From the NCBI GenBank assembly GCA_938034445.1, contig CALHLD010000001.1:840-64839 (forward strand): DNA of 64,000 bases, read 5' to 3'. The number at the start of each line of letters is the position of its first letter. Positions within the stretch are counted from its first letter, which is position 1. The stretch comes from an uncultured archaeon (GTDB lineage: Archaea > Thermoproteota > Nitrososphaeria > JACIWG01). Position numbers and translations under genes: made by a program. The notes beneath the pieces are model-generated. The model was given only the letters and a program-made list of their open reading frames with translations, had not been told where the DNA came from and did not search any database. Shown piece after piece: positions 28,841 to 39,369 of this stretch.

Positions 28841-30190
28841 TCAACTTTTTTCAATAATCTTCTTATACTCTTGGAATATTTTTTCTATTTTTTCAACCCA
28901 AGATGGGAACATGTTATAGTCTGGATACTTTAGATACTCTTGCCTAACAATCTTCATGTACTTTGCTGTATCAGCCAAATGCTTTAGCATTGTCGGTCTT
29001 GTTATTCCTCTAATTATTATCAAAGCCTTCTCTCTTACCGTAAAATCTGCTTTACCATAGCCTATATCTGTTATATCTTCGTCATTAACAAGCCCCTTAC
29101 TCATACCAAACTCTATCTCATCATTTGTAAGACTTTGTAAGAATATTCTAAAAATGTCTAGTCCAGCTGCTTTTGCACCGTAGGCGTTCACATACCTTTT
29201 ATTCACCTGCCAAAGTTTCTCTTTCTCTCTATCAGGGTCCTCTAATGCGTCTGCTACTGCCTCTCCACACAATTTTCCAGAAAGCATGGAAGGCCCTATT
29301 CCCCCTCCATGTATTGGGTTTGCCGTGCAAGCCGCGTCTCCGGCGAAAAGCACATTTCCTACTAAAAGCGTGTATAAGCTTCTTCTTGTTGGAACTATTC
29401 CTCCTCCCTGTTCCAAAACTTCAGAATTTTTTAATGCCTCATTTTCCTCTATTATCTTGTAAAAGTTCTTTTTTGGGTTCACGTTTTTCCCCCCTTGAAC
29501 ACCGACACCTATGTTAACTGTTGTCCTGTCCTGTGGAAAATACCACCAATAACCTCCAGGTGCAACCTGTTCATCTAAAAATATTTTTGCAACACATAAA
29601 TCTTCAACCTTCTCCACCCTCCTAATCTCCCTATATGTTACGCTTAAATCCTCTAACGGTATCTCCTTTTCTAAACCTAATGTTTCTGGAACCTGTCTCC
29701 TTAAAAGGCCATAGAACCCTGAAGCATCAATAAAGTATCTTCCACTAACATAATACTTGTTCCCACTCTTCTGCTCGACTACCCTTAACTCTTTTGCTCT
29801 ACCATTCTCAAAGTTTAGAACTTCTGCTCTAGTGTTATCCCATAGTTCTACACCCTTGTCTAGTGCTAATTTTAGAAGCCACTGTCCAAAAGCATGCCTA
29901 TTTAATGCAAGGCCTTCACCTTCAACCTTTACCGAATACTTTTTTGACGGAGAATATACTCGAACTGCATCAAATTTACCCTTATAAGTTTCCTTTGGTG
30001 GAAACGGTATTCCTACACTACTTATATGATGTGCACCTAAAGCGTCTCCACAAACTTTTTTTCCAATTAAATCTTTAGTTTTGGAATCAATTAAAAGTAC
30101 TTTGGCTCCCTTCTCAGCTAAAGTTAGTGAAGCAAGTGCTCCGGCTGTACCTGCACCTACGACTACAGTATCATATTTTTCCGAATTCAT
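28841..30190 (-). CDS. Geranylgeranyl reductase family flavoprotein (digeranylgeranylglycerophospholipid reductase type)
   Basis: 449 aa; FAD fold YDTVVVGAGTAGALASLTLAEKGAKVLLID, GDAACTANPIHGGGI. Confidence 0.85.
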   Translation of the reverse strand: MNSEKYDTVVVGAGTAGALASLTLAEKGAKVLLIDSKTKDLIGKKVCGDALGAHHISSVGIPFPPKETYKGKFDAVRVYSPSKKYSVKVEGEGLALNRHAFGQWLLKLALDKGVELWDNTRAEVLNFENGRAKELRVVEQKSGNKYYVSGRYFIDASGFYGLLRRQVPETLGLEKEIPLEDLSVTYREIRRVEKVEDLCVAKIFLDEQVAPGGYWWYFPQDRTTVNIGVGVQGGKNVNPKKNFYKIIEENEALKNSEVLEQGGGIVPTRRSLYTLLVGNVLFAGDAACTANPIHGGGIGPSMLSGKLCGEAVADALEDPDREKEKLWQVNKRYVNAYGAKAAGLDIFRIFLQSLTNDEIEFGMSKGLVNDEDITDIGYGKADFTVREKALIIIRGITRPTMLKHLADTAKYMKIVRQEYLKYPDYNMFPSWVEKIEKIFQEYKKIIEKS

Positions 30191-30268
30191 CCTTACTTGA
30201 TCATAAACTTGCTCTTAAAAAATTTTCTAAACTAATAAATTTTTAAAAAAATTGGGAAAGGAGGAGAT

Positions 30269-31927
30269 TTACTCCATCGGCGGCATTTCTCCGCCTTCTC
30301 CGCCTCTTCCTCTAGGCGGTTCCTTCATTCTACTTGCAGCTATAATATCGTCTATTCTTAATATCATTGTCGCAGCCTCTGTTGCAGCTGAAAGCACCTG
30401 TTCCTTAACAATCAAAGGCTCATATACTTCAAACTTTGTTGCATCCTCTATCTTTCCTTCAAGCGCATTCACTCCAACTGTTTTCTCTCCCTTACTATGT
30501 CTTGCTCTTAACTCTACTAAGGTGTCTATTGGATCCATGCCAGCGTTTTCTGCTAGGGCTAATGGTATTGATTCTACCGCTTCAGCAAACTTTTGTACTG
30601 CCAACTGTTCTCTTCCAGACAATGTTTGTGCCCAATCGAATAGTTTTGCAGCTACTTCTGCCTCTGGTGCACCTGCTCCTACTACAATGAATGGCTTGTG
30701 CATAACATCTCTAACCACACATAATGCATCATGCACTGACCTTTCACATTCATCAACTATTCTCTGTGTTCCACCTCTTAAGAATATTGTTACTGCCTTG
30801 GGATTCTTACATCCTTCAACAAAAACCCACTTGTCTTCCTCTATCCTTCTTTCTTCTACGAGTTCAGCGTATCCTAGGTCGCTTGGGCTAAGTTCTTCTA
30901 GGCTTGTTACAACTCTTCCTCCTGTTGCCTTTGCAAGTTTTGTCATGTCGCTTTCTTTTGCTCTCCTCACTGCAAGTATTCCTGCCTTGGCTAGATAATG
31001 TTGCGCTATATCATCTATACCCTTCTGGCATATGACAACGTTGGCTCCAGTTGAAGCAATTTTGTCAACCATTTCCTTTAACATCCTGTTTTCTTCTTCA
31101 AGGAACATTTTGATCTGCTCTGGGTTGTTAATGTTTATCTTTGCATCAAACTCAGTCTTCTCAATTTCAAGCGGAGAATTGAGTAGAGCAATCTTAGCGT
31201 TGGTAACCCTCTTGGGCATACCACTGTGAACAACCTCCTTATCTAGAACTATTCCCTGTATTAGTTTACTGTCTGTTATGCTTCCCCCCGGCTTCTTCTC
31301 GACTTTAACATCATCAATTTCAACTTTAAGTTTTCCATTCTGTTCTTCCGCTACCAAAAGTAGTGCATCAACTACTAGTGTTGCCAAATATTTTCCTTCT
31401 GATGCTACGAGCTTTGTAGCCATGCTTGTTCTGGCAATTTTATTTAACCACTCCTTATCCTTTGGATCAACTTTTATAGCTATTGATGAAAGGACTTCTT
31501 TTGCCTTCTCGGCCGCTTTCTTGTAGCCGTCGACAATTACCGTTGGATGTACATCCTTGTCTAAAAGTTCTTCAGCCTTCTCTAAAAGTGATGATGCTAG
31601 CACGACAGCGGATGTTGTTCCGTCTCCAACCTCATTGTCAGTAGCCTTGGAGATTTCAACCATAGCCTTTGCAGCCGGATGTTGAACGTCAATTTCTTTC
31701 AATATAGTCGCACCGTCATTTGTGACTGTCACATCTCCTAGGCTGTCGACAAGCATTTTGTCCATCCCACGAGGTCCTAGTGATGTTCTAACAATTTCTC
31801 CGACAAGTTTTGCTGCAAGAATATTATTTCTTTGTGCTTCTCTTCCTCTTGTCTGGGCTGTACCCTCTTTTAGTATGAGTACAGGTTGGCCAGACGAGGT
31901 TACTGCTGGTATTGCTGTTGTTGACAT
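30269..31927 (-). CDS. ths: Thermosome subunit (group II chaperonin)
   Basis: 552 aa; [46 protein letters not shown]; C-terminal G/E/P-rich tail. Confidence 0.97.
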   Translation of the reverse strand: MSTTAIPAVTSSGQPVLILKEGTAQTRGREAQRNNILAAKLVGEIVRTSLGPRGMDKMLVDSLGDVTVTNDGATILKEIDVQHPAAKAMVEISKATDNEVGDGTTSAVVLASSLLEKAEELLDKDVHPTVIVDGYKKAAEKAKEVLSSIAIKVDPKDKEWLNKIARTSMATKLVASEGKYLATLVVDALLLVAEEQNGKLKVEIDDVKVEKKPGGSITDSKLIQGIVLDKEVVHSGMPKRVTNAKIALLNSPLEIEKTEFDAKININNPEQIKMFLEEENRMLKEMVDKIASTGANVVICQKGIDDIAQHYLAKAGILAVRRAKESDMTKLAKATGGRVVTSLEELSPSDLGYAELVEERRIEEDKWVFVEGCKNPKAVTIFLRGGTQRIVDECERSVHDALCVVRDVMHKPFIVVGAGAPEAEVAAKLFDWAQTLSGREQLAVQKFAEAVESIPLALAENAGMDPIDTLVELRARHSKGEKTVGVNALEGKIEDATKFEVYEPLIVKEQVLSAATEAATMILRIDDIIAASRMKEPPRGRGGEGGEMPPME

Positions 31928-31968
31928 AATTTTTTCACCTAAAATCCAGAAACCCTATAAAGCTCATG

Positions 31969-31980
31969 TTTATAAATTTT
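31969..31980 (-). promoter_or_regulatory. Candidate TATA box for the thermosome gene
   Basis: Minus-strand AAAATTTATAAA about 45 nt upstream of the start at 31927; GGTGA Shine-Dalgarno-like motif (31935-31939) in the short leader. Confidence 0.35.
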
Positions 31981-31988
31981 CTTTAAAC

Positions 31989-32840
31989 TTAATTTTTTAA
32001 AGCTTTCAGCTTAATATCTAATACTATTTGATCTATTTTTGGACCCACTTCTCTTACAACTCTTCCCTTTATATCTTCTAAAATAAACCTTTCTCCAAAA
32101 TCGAGTTTGGGTAAAACTTCATCAATCACCTCTTTTATTGGCTTACTTTTTACGTGAAGATACATGTGTATTGTTCCACCTTGATCTTTTAATGCTTTCA
32201 GTGCAAAAGGAAAATATTCTATTGCAATTTCAGGATAAGGCATTAGAACTCTATCAGCACACCCTGATAACTGGTACTCTATTATTCTTCCAGCATCCCC
32301 TAAATACGCTTTTACCCTATCATCAACTTTATTCAAGAACACGTTTTTTAAAATAAGCTGGTATGCGTCTGGGTTTATGTCTATTACATGATGTTTTGTT
32401 GTCTTACGTTTTTTGGCTATAATTATAGAAAATGTTCCCACTCCAGCAAACATGTTAACAATCACCTCATTATCTTTTACTAGATTTGTGATGCGTAATC
32501 TTTCCCCAGACAATCTTGGAGAAAAGTAGACTTTTGCAATATCAACATAGAACCTACATCCACTTTCCCTATATTCCGTGTACGTTCTATCCTCGCCTGC
32601 TAAATGTTCAAGCTCCATAATTCTATATTCGCCAGAGATTGGGGAAGCCTGTCTAAACACACATCTTATGCTCTTAACATTTTCTAGTAATGTTTTAGCT
32701 ATCAAATATTTTTTTGGTAAAAGCTTGTCTGGAATTTTCAAGATTGCAATATCTCCTATAACATCAAAGCCTGAAATAACATCGTTCAACTCTTCTGGGG
32801 AAAGTTTATCTGCCAAAATTTTTTTAATGAGTCGACTCAA
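31989..32840 (-). CDS. trm5: tRNA (guanine37-N1)-methyltransferase Trm5/Taw22 family
   Basis: 283 aa; [14 protein letters not shown] motif [19 protein letters not shown]. Confidence 0.8.
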   Translation of the reverse strand: MSRLIKKILADKLSPEELNDVISGFDVIGDIAILKIPDKLLPKKYLIAKTLLENVKSIRCVFRQASPISGEYRIMELEHLAGEDRTYTEYRESGCRFYVDIAKVYFSPRLSGERLRITNLVKDNEVIVNMFAGVGTFSIIIAKKRKTTKHHVIDINPDAYQLILKNVFLNKVDDRVKAYLGDAGRIIEYQLSGCADRVLMPYPEIAIEYFPFALKALKDQGGTIHMYLHVKSKPIKEVIDEVLPKLDFGERFILEDIKGRVVREVGPKIDQIVLDIKLKALKN

Positions 32841-33161
32841 CTAATTTTACACTTTAGCTTTTCGAGCAAATTTAATGTTTATAAAGTTTTGTATAAACTT
32901 ATATCATGGATATCAAGAAAGCCTAGAACCTCAGCTCTTGGATAAATGGGCAATTTTTAGATATGTTAAAAATTGGATACATTCTTGGAACGTGTCCAAT
33001 ATAGATGGATGAGTTTCATCCGAATTTGATCCACGATTAGCCTATACCTTAAAGAAAGGTATGAGATAAAATAGATGTGAACTCCTCAAGCCAGCAAATG
33101 AGGGGAATTAGTGTAAAATTTACCCTGAACGCTGGAGGCCCAAACTTAAGCTGTGAAGAGG

Positions 33162-34961
33162 TCATTCTTTTTCCTCCAATCTTGTAAGATAATAGTATCT
33201 TCCCTCCTCTTTCTGTTGTCTGTCCAGTTTACTGCCTGGTTTGTTTATCCTAGGCCTGCCCGTTGTAAGGTCTCTTCTATAGGTTATTCTTAGGTCCTTG
33301 AGAAATTTGTTCATTCCATCCTCTTTGTTTGATGGGCTTTCTGCGTGGCCTGAAAGGGATGGTTCTCCTCTAAATATTATCATTCGATCCGATATTATGT
33401 CAATTAATTGAACGTCATGGTCTACAACTATTGCCGTCTTATTTTTTAAACGAATATATCTTTGTATAATTTTTGCAAGTTCAACTCTGTCTTCTGCGTC
33501 AATGAATGCTGATGGTTCATCTAAAGCGTAAACGTCTGCCTCTTGTAAAAGTGCTGCGACTACAGCCACTTTCTGAAGTTCCCCTCCACTTAATTTTGAA
33601 ATCTCTTTCTCAAAAAGTTTGTCTACATGTAAGGGTACTATTATTTCATTGAATTCGGGGACTGATGTTACATCGTTTCCGCATACGCGGTCTAAAAGTT
33701 CCTTAACATACTGAAATCCTTTTGGAGGCGATATGTATTGAGGCTTATACGAGATTTTTGAAGAAGAGGAAATTGTTCCATTATCCGGCTTTTCCACTCC
33801 AGCTAACATTTTTATAAATGTCGTCTTTCCTAAAGCATTCGCTCCAACAACACCTACAACCTCGCCTAACCTTAGTTTTCCTTTAGAAACAGTTAATCTA
33901 AACCTTCCATAATTTTTTTCTAGTTCACTGTATTCGAGTAGAGTTTCACTTTCTATACTCTCCTGTTTTGGTGCGTATACATCAAAGTTTATCTTCTTTT
34001 CTCTAAATCTAACATTTTCTTCTGGAAGATATCCGTCTAAAAATGCATTTATTCCAGCCCTTGTAGACATGACACCCGATACTATACCATATACTCCAGG
34101 CTCTCCATATAGTATGTGAACTTGGTCACATAGGTAGTCTAGAATCGTTAAGTCATGTTCTACAACGAAAACACATTTTCCAGTCCTCGCAACATCCATT
34201 ATAACTTCAGCGACTGCGAGCCTTTGGTAAACGTCATTATATGATGAGGGTTCATCGAAAAAGTATATGTCAGCATCTTTTACGGCTGCGACAGCGATGG
34301 CAAGTCTTTGAAGTTCTCCTCCACTTAATTGTGAAACAGGTTTATTTATCGAATTTTCTAGACCCAGTTTTGAAACCAGTTCTCTCATTATTCCACGTTG
34401 GTCCATCATGTGCAAAAGTGTTAAGCCGTCACCTGACCAGACATTTACTAGATTGTATACTGCCTGAGGTTTAACACTCACCTTAAGTTCATTTGCTACA
34501 ACCTTTTCGAAATGTTCCTTTAACGCTGTTCCCTTAAAATATTCTATTACCTCATCCCATGAGGGTTCCTGTGTTCGTCCTAGATTTGGTTTAAGTAAAC
34601 CTGATAATATGTTTATGACTGTTGATTTACCAACTCCATTTCTTCCTAATAGGCCTATAACCGTTTTCTCTCTAGGTACTGGTAAACGATAGAGGCGATA
34701 ACTGTTTGGACCATACTGGTGAATCTTTTCTTCTGACAACTCTTCAGCCAAGTTCACTATAGATATTGCTTGAAAGGGACATCTTTTAACACATATTCCA
34801 CATCCTGTGCACAGAATTTCACTGATAACTGGAAAACCGTCATCTCCCTTTTTAACCGTCTCTTTACGCATCCTATTTATTGGGCACACATTTACACAAA
34901 TGAAAGGACATTTTTTTGGATTACATAATTCCTTATCTATTACCGCTATTCTATGAACCAT
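33162..34961 (-). CDS. abcE1: ABCE1 / RNase L inhibitor (ribosome recycling ATPase)
   Basis: 599 aa; N-terminal FeS domain (CNPKKCPFICVNVCP, CTGCGICVKRCP) plus two ABC cassettes (GRNGVGKST, GANALGKTT, two LSGGELQ). Confidence 0.95.
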   Translation of the reverse strand: MVHRIAVIDKELCNPKKCPFICVNVCPINRMRKETVKKGDDGFPVISEILCTGCGICVKRCPFQAISIVNLAEELSEEKIHQYGPNSYRLYRLPVPREKTVIGLLGRNGVGKSTVINILSGLLKPNLGRTQEPSWDEVIEYFKGTALKEHFEKVVANELKVSVKPQAVYNLVNVWSGDGLTLLHMMDQRGIMRELVSKLGLENSINKPVSQLSGGELQRLAIAVAAVKDADIYFFDEPSSYNDVYQRLAVAEVIMDVARTGKCVFVVEHDLTILDYLCDQVHILYGEPGVYGIVSGVMSTRAGINAFLDGYLPEENVRFREKKINFDVYAPKQESIESETLLEYSELEKNYGRFRLTVSKGKLRLGEVVGVVGANALGKTTFIKMLAGVEKPDNGTISSSSKISYKPQYISPPKGFQYVKELLDRVCGNDVTSVPEFNEIIVPLHVDKLFEKEISKLSGGELQKVAVVAALLQEADVYALDEPSAFIDAEDRVELAKIIQRYIRLKNKTAIVVDHDVQLIDIISDRMIIFRGEPSLSGHAESPSNKEDGMNKFLKDLRITYRRDLTTGRPRINKPGSKLDRQQKEEGRYYYLTRLEEKE

Positions 34962-34978
34962 TTTCTATTCACCAACTA

Positions 34979-35479
34979 TTACTCTTCTATCAAGTGTGCT
35001 GGAATTGGGCAATGGTCGCATATTTTACCATTGTCGTAGACCCCGAACTGTTGTGCCGTATAAACATTTTTTAACTTATCCCACACCTCCTTCTCTGTAA
35101 AATTTGCTTCCAAATGTATGCTTTCGTGATCTATTATCATCTTCCTAAACTTGCAATTGTAGCATTCTTTCCTTATAAAAATGATACCCATAACATATGT
35201 GTTAAACAATATTAGTGTACCAAATGATCCTATGTAGATGAAAAAGATTATGTAAGAAAATATCCATAAATATTTCATAAACAAAGTTCCTAAAAATATC
35301 CATAATCCGATAAAAAGGATTCCAAATAATCCCATTATATTGTCTCTTGTTAAAGAAAATGCTAGGTTCCTTTTATCAATATAATGTACTAAAAGCTGTG
35401 GTAAGAGTGCTAGGACTAAAGGATTTATAACAACCACCTTATATCTTCCACTTCTCCTACCCAAATTGGACACTCTCAC
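34979..35479 (-). CDS. Membrane protein with C-terminal Cys4 (zinc-ribbon-like) domain
   Basis: 166 aa; 3 TM segments then CYNC...CDHC; GTG start overlaps the upstream radical SAM stop (GTGA). Confidence 0.45.
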   Translation of the reverse strand: MRVSNLGRRSGRYKVVVINPLVLALLPQLLVHYIDKRNLAFSLTRDNIMGLFGILFIGLWIFLGTLFMKYLWIFSYIIFFIYIGSFGTLILFNTYVMGIIFIRKECYNCKFRKMIIDHESIHLEANFTEKEVWDKLKNVYTAQQFGVYDNGKICDHCPIPAHLIEE

Positions 35480-36279
35480 GTGAATGCGGGTTCAACTTTA
35501 ACATTATATTCTCTACCCAATTTAATAACCTTATAATATACTTTCCTAAAATCGTCTTCCATCATATGTCTTCTAATTTTTTCAAAATCTTCTCCCAAAT
35601 ACTTCTCCATCCTTTTGGAAAGAATAGGTTTAAGTCTCAGTTTATCGTACATTAAATAACTTCCAGTCCTTTTTGCTAAAGACACTATATTTTTAACAGT
35701 TTCATCGTCATCATTAAACCCACATATTATTGGCCCATAAAATATCCATGTTTTCACTTTCTTTTCAGAAAAGGTTTCTAGAGCCTGTACTCTCTCTTCT
35801 GGAGGTGATGAATGTGGTTCAAATTTTCTAGCGAACTCTCTATCCAGTGATGTTATAGTTAATCCAACATCCACCATATCCCCTTCTATTATGTCTATAT
35901 CCCTAAGAATTAGCGATGATTTCGTCTGAAACGAAATCCTAAAATTGTGTTGCAATAGTATCTCAATAATTTTCCTAGCAAAACACATTCTCTCCTCGTA
36001 AGGTTGGTACGGGTCTGTTATAGTACTGTATCCTACAACTCCAGGTTTTATGCGCCTAACTTCCTTTAAAAGAGTTTCAACAAAATTTTCTTTTGCATAC
36101 ACTAACTCCCCCCAATTGTTTAGAAACTCTTTTTTCCTTATCACGTCTGGAACGTAACAGTATATGCATCCATGCTCACATCCAATGTATGGGTTTATAG
36201 TATAATCTAGTCCTGGAAGGTTACTTTTGGAAATTGCACTTCTACATTTTACTATACCATAGTTTGGGCTCAATTGCAA
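35476..36279 (-). CDS. Radical SAM protein, SplB-like (COG1533-type, 'DNA repair photolyase' family)
   Basis: 267 aa; CxxxCxxC at C34/C38/C41 (GCEHGCIYCYV); length and layout match SplB-like radical SAM enzymes. Confidence 0.7.
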   Translation of the reverse strand: MQLSPNYGIVKCRSAISKSNLPGLDYTINPYIGCEHGCIYCYVPDVIRKKEFLNNWGELVYAKENFVETLLKEVRRIKPGVVGYSTITDPYQPYEERMCFARKIIEILLQHNFRISFQTKSSLILRDIDIIEGDMVDVGLTITSLDREFARKFEPHSSPPEERVQALETFSEKKVKTWIFYGPIICGFNDDDETVKNIVSLAKRTGSYLMYDKLRLKPILSKRMEKYLGEDFEKIRRHMMEDDFRKVYYKVIKLGREYNVKVEPAFT

Positions 36280-36439
36280 GCAAATTTTTTTTGCATAAAT
36301 TTAAAAATTTTCTTTTTTAAGCAAGTTTACAACAGTTTATTTGCCCATTATATTCTTGTTATAATGCTACTATTCTCTTTTATTTTAATGGAAGTATCTA
36401 AACACTTTTTATCATGTACTTCTTTAGAAAAAGATTCGG

Positions 36440-37738
36440 CTAATATTCTGTTATCCTTTTCTGGAAAAGGTTTTCTCTTAAAATTTCGCTCTTCTCTATC
36501 CAACTTTTTAATGGAACAGTTAATATGTTTGGAAGCCATTCCATTGCACTTTTTAAGTCTTCAAAAACTTTAGGTTTTTGTGCAAACATTCTTCTTACAC
36601 ATTCTCTAACAAACCATACTCCGAGGGGTAGAGGGAATTCTGGATGTATTTCTCTTAAAACTAGTGCTGTCGCCTGCCTTCTTATCCTCTCCAAGAATTC
36701 GGCAGTAGCTAGTCTTGAAGCAAAATAGCATCCCCCAATGCTTGGGTAAGTTGTTCTTCCCCAGTATCCTTCAAAGTCTCCTCCAACGTCTACTTGGAGT
36801 GTGTTTTGGTTCCAAAATGTACCTGGAAACCATGCCTCCATCCACTCGAAACTCCATTTTTGTGGAAAAAGTAGTGATACAAATATGTTATTCATGTAAT
36901 TATAATTATAAACCAAATACTTGTCTACAGTATTATAATTCTTAATCCTTTCTATCAACTGTGCTGAAATTATACTATCTACTGCTGTTATGCTCCATCT
37001 TGTTGGAACCAGTCTTCTATTCTTTTTTAAACCGAACATGCCTACACTAAACGCTCTCTGGATTTTACTTACCTCTACACCAGACTGATATAGTTCCCAG
37101 ACAGCCTTATATGAGAGTAGGTCAGTATCATAATAGAACTTTTCTATCTTCCTATTTGATGAAGGGATACTGTATACTTTAAACCTTTTCATTGGCGCAC
37201 TTGGTCCAAAGGGTTGAGAGTTGTCGTCCAAGTAAATGTTTCCCGAAGGCGGCTTCTCAAACTCAACTTCTGCATCAACTGACTTTTCGCTCAATGTAAG
37301 CTCATGCAACGATTCTATTAGACGGCTCCCTTTCCATGCTTCGTCTACAGGAACTAAACTCTTTCCTCTGAGAAGTGTATACCTATATTCTACAATCTTT
37401 TCTACTGGCATCCCTATCCATGCTTCAGGCAAGTCCATTACTGTTGTGTCTCCTAAAAATGGTGGAACCATTGGGCCAACATAAACTTTAGGGTATCCGA
37501 ATCTTCCAACGAAAACGGATGGTGGAGATGATCCATAAATATTTTGTATCTTTATAGGTTTAGAAATTTTAAGGAGCGCTATAGCCTTTAATGTTATTGG
37601 ACAGACCGCTTTCCCACATAAGTTTCTCCCTCCCCTACAGTATATGCAGATTGAAGAAAACTTTCCTCTAAAAGATATTCCACTATCCTCCAACTCTCTT
37701 CTGATCCTATGTGGTGATATTATATCATTTTTTTCCAT
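36440..37738 (-). CDS. Nre-family protein (archaeal DNA-repair factor NreA-like, DUF650/DUF651)
   Basis: 432 aa; N-terminal Cys cluster CIYCRGGRNLCGKAVCP, SSPPSVFVGRFGYPKVYVGPM and WSITAVD motifs as I recall for Nre proteins; C-terminal QKRITEY resembles a terminal PIP box. Confidence 0.55.
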   Translation of the reverse strand: MEKNDIISPHRIRRELEDSGISFRGKFSSICIYCRGGRNLCGKAVCPITLKAIALLKISKPIKIQNIYGSSPPSVFVGRFGYPKVYVGPMVPPFLGDTTVMDLPEAWIGMPVEKIVEYRYTLLRGKSLVPVDEAWKGSRLIESLHELTLSEKSVDAEVEFEKPPSGNIYLDDNSQPFGPSAPMKRFKVYSIPSSNRKIEKFYYDTDLLSYKAVWELYQSGVEVSKIQRAFSVGMFGLKKNRRLVPTRWSITAVDSIISAQLIERIKNYNTVDKYLVYNYNYMNNIFVSLLFPQKWSFEWMEAWFPGTFWNQNTLQVDVGGDFEGYWGRTTYPSIGGCYFASRLATAEFLERIRRQATALVLREIHPEFPLPLGVWFVRECVRRMFAQKPKVFEDLKSAMEWLPNILTVPLKSWIEKSEILRENLFQKRITEY

Positions 37739-37831
37739 GATTACGACCGTAGGCCAAAATGCTTATTCTAATCTTCTTAAATTAAGTTTAAAAGTTTAAC
37801 TATTTAAAAATATTTGGTTTGATGTGAAAAT

Positions 37832-38536
37832 ATGCGCCAACTTGATTATCCGTGGAAAAAGTGGAAGCACGTGACAAAGCTTGACCCAGACAAAAATAAT
37901 TCTGAAGAGATAGTTAAGGCGGTGCTCCAAAATGGCACTGACGCTATATTGGTTGGCGGTACACAGGGTATAACTTTAGATAAGGTTAGGCGTCTTAAAA
38001 GTATGCTTAAGGATGCAAATGTTCCGATAGTGCTCGAGCCATCAAAATCTGAGGCTGTTGACTTCTCATTTGATTACTTTTTTGTTCCACTAATATTGAA
38101 TACTCAAGAAAGGTGGTGGTCTGGTGGCGCACATATTGCTTGGATTAATAGTATGAAAAATGTATTTGGTGATTTCGACAAAATTCCTTGGGAAAAGATT
38201 GTTATAGAAGCTTATATTGTCCTTAATCCAGAATGCGCTGTCGCAAAATTAACAAAAAGTATTACTGACTTGACTTTAGAACAAATTGTATCCCATGCTG
38301 TTTTTGCCGATAGAATTATGCATGCGCCAATAGTCTATATTGAATATAGTGGAAAATTTGGAGACCCTAATGTTGTTAGGGCAGTTAAAGAGAATATGGT
38401 AAACTCACACCTGTTCTATGGTGGCGGAATAGATAGTAGGGAGAAGGCTGAAATTATGGGCAAGTATGCGACGATTGTTGTAGGAAACATCGTTTACGAT
38501 GACATCGAAAAATATAAGCAAACAATATTAACTTAA
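37832..38536 (+). CDS. Geranylgeranylglyceryl phosphate synthase (PcrB/GGGPS family)
   Basis: 234 aa; WKHVTKLDPDK, AILVGGTQGIT, YGGGIDSREKA. Confidence 0.85.
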   Translation: MRQLDYPWKKWKHVTKLDPDKNNSEEIVKAVLQNGTDAILVGGTQGITLDKVRRLKSMLKDANVPIVLEPSKSEAVDFSFDYFFVPLILNTQERWWSGGAHIAWINSMKNVFGDFDKIPWEKIVIEAYIVLNPECAVAKLTKSITDLTLEQIVSHAVFADRIMHAPIVYIEYSGKFGDPNVVRAVKENMVNSHLFYGGGIDSREKAEIMGKYATIVVGNIVYDDIEKYKQTILT

Positions 38537-39369
38537 GTTTTTCCTAACGCTTTTGCTGCACCTATTGCTGTAGCATATTCTGCATTTTTTGGTATACTCG
38601 CTGTTCCACCAAGAATAGATAATGTATCCAATAATCTTTTTGAAAAGATTTCTTGAGAGGGCAGTTTTCCAACAAATATTATATTTTCCTCTAATTTCTT
38701 CTGTTTTGCAGCAAAATATGCTACTGTCGCAACAACTTCAGCAATCATAGTGATCAGTCCTAAAGCGATATCCTCTGGCCTGGTATCGTCTCCCACTTTT
38801 CCAAAATTGGATGCTGTTGCCTCTGCTGGAATCCTTCCTATTGGTCCACCGACTATATCTTTAACCTGCAAATTAACTCTTGAAAGCTCTCCCCCTAAAG
38901 CCTCTTTAAATATGCTTGAAGGGTACTCCTTTTTGAGTAGAAGTTTTCCCAAACCTGCTATAGTTCCTCCACCAACTCCTGTTCCACCTAAATGTTCAAC
39001 ATAATGTTCATTTGTGTTTCTTCTAGCATATACTATTGCTGTACCTGTTCCAACACTTACAACTATCGCCTCCTTTTTTCCTGAAAGATACAGCCCACCT
39101 AATCCTATAGCCTCGATTTCATCAACAATCTTATAGTCTACCTCAATCATGTCCAATTTTAATCTTCTTGTTACCGAGCCCGTTAGTGCTACTCTACTTA
39201 AGTCTCTAATTTTCATGCCCCTATCAGCCAACAATCTTCCAAGACATCCTAATGCTGATGTTATTGGATCTGAAGCCTGAACCTCTGAGTATGCTAAAAT
39301 ATTCTCGCTTTCCATAAGAACTCCTTTTGTAACACTTCCACCAATATCTAGTCCCGCTACAAGCATCAA
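38533..39369 (-). CDS. Type II pantothenate kinase-like ASKHA protein
   Basis: 278 aa; GLDIGGSVTK, VGTGTAIVY, GGTGVGGGTIAGLGKLL, IPAEATASNFGKV and AIGAAKAL line up with Staphylococcus type II PanK (recalled sequence). Confidence 0.7.
   Translation of the reverse strand: MMLVAGLDIGGSVTKGVLMESENILAYSEVQASDPITSALGCLGRLLADRGMKIRDLSRVALTGSVTRRLKLDMIEVDYKIVDEIEAIGLGGLYLSGKKEAIVVSVGTGTAIVYARRNTNEHYVEHLGGTGVGGGTIAGLGKLLLKKEYPSSIFKEALGGELSRVNLQVKDIVGGPIGRIPAEATASNFGKVGDDTRPEDIALGLITMIAEVVATVAYFAAKQKKLEENIIFVGKLPSQEIFSKRLLDTLSILGGTASIPKNAEYATAIGAAKALGKT

Noticed and set aside
30252-30998. 248-aa plus-strand ORF, with three further plus-strand ORFs up to 32000, lying entirely antisense to the thermosome gene
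   Set aside because: The products are S/T/L/A-rich and low in complexity with no motif. The opposite strand encodes an unmistakable full-length group II chaperonin, so these are typical shadow ORFs.
36274-36573. 99-aa plus-strand ORF spanning the radical SAM/Nre spacer and running antisense into the Nre gene
   Set aside because: It overlaps the well-supported Nre 3' end, has F/L/S-rich composition from an AT-rich spacer, and shows no motif.
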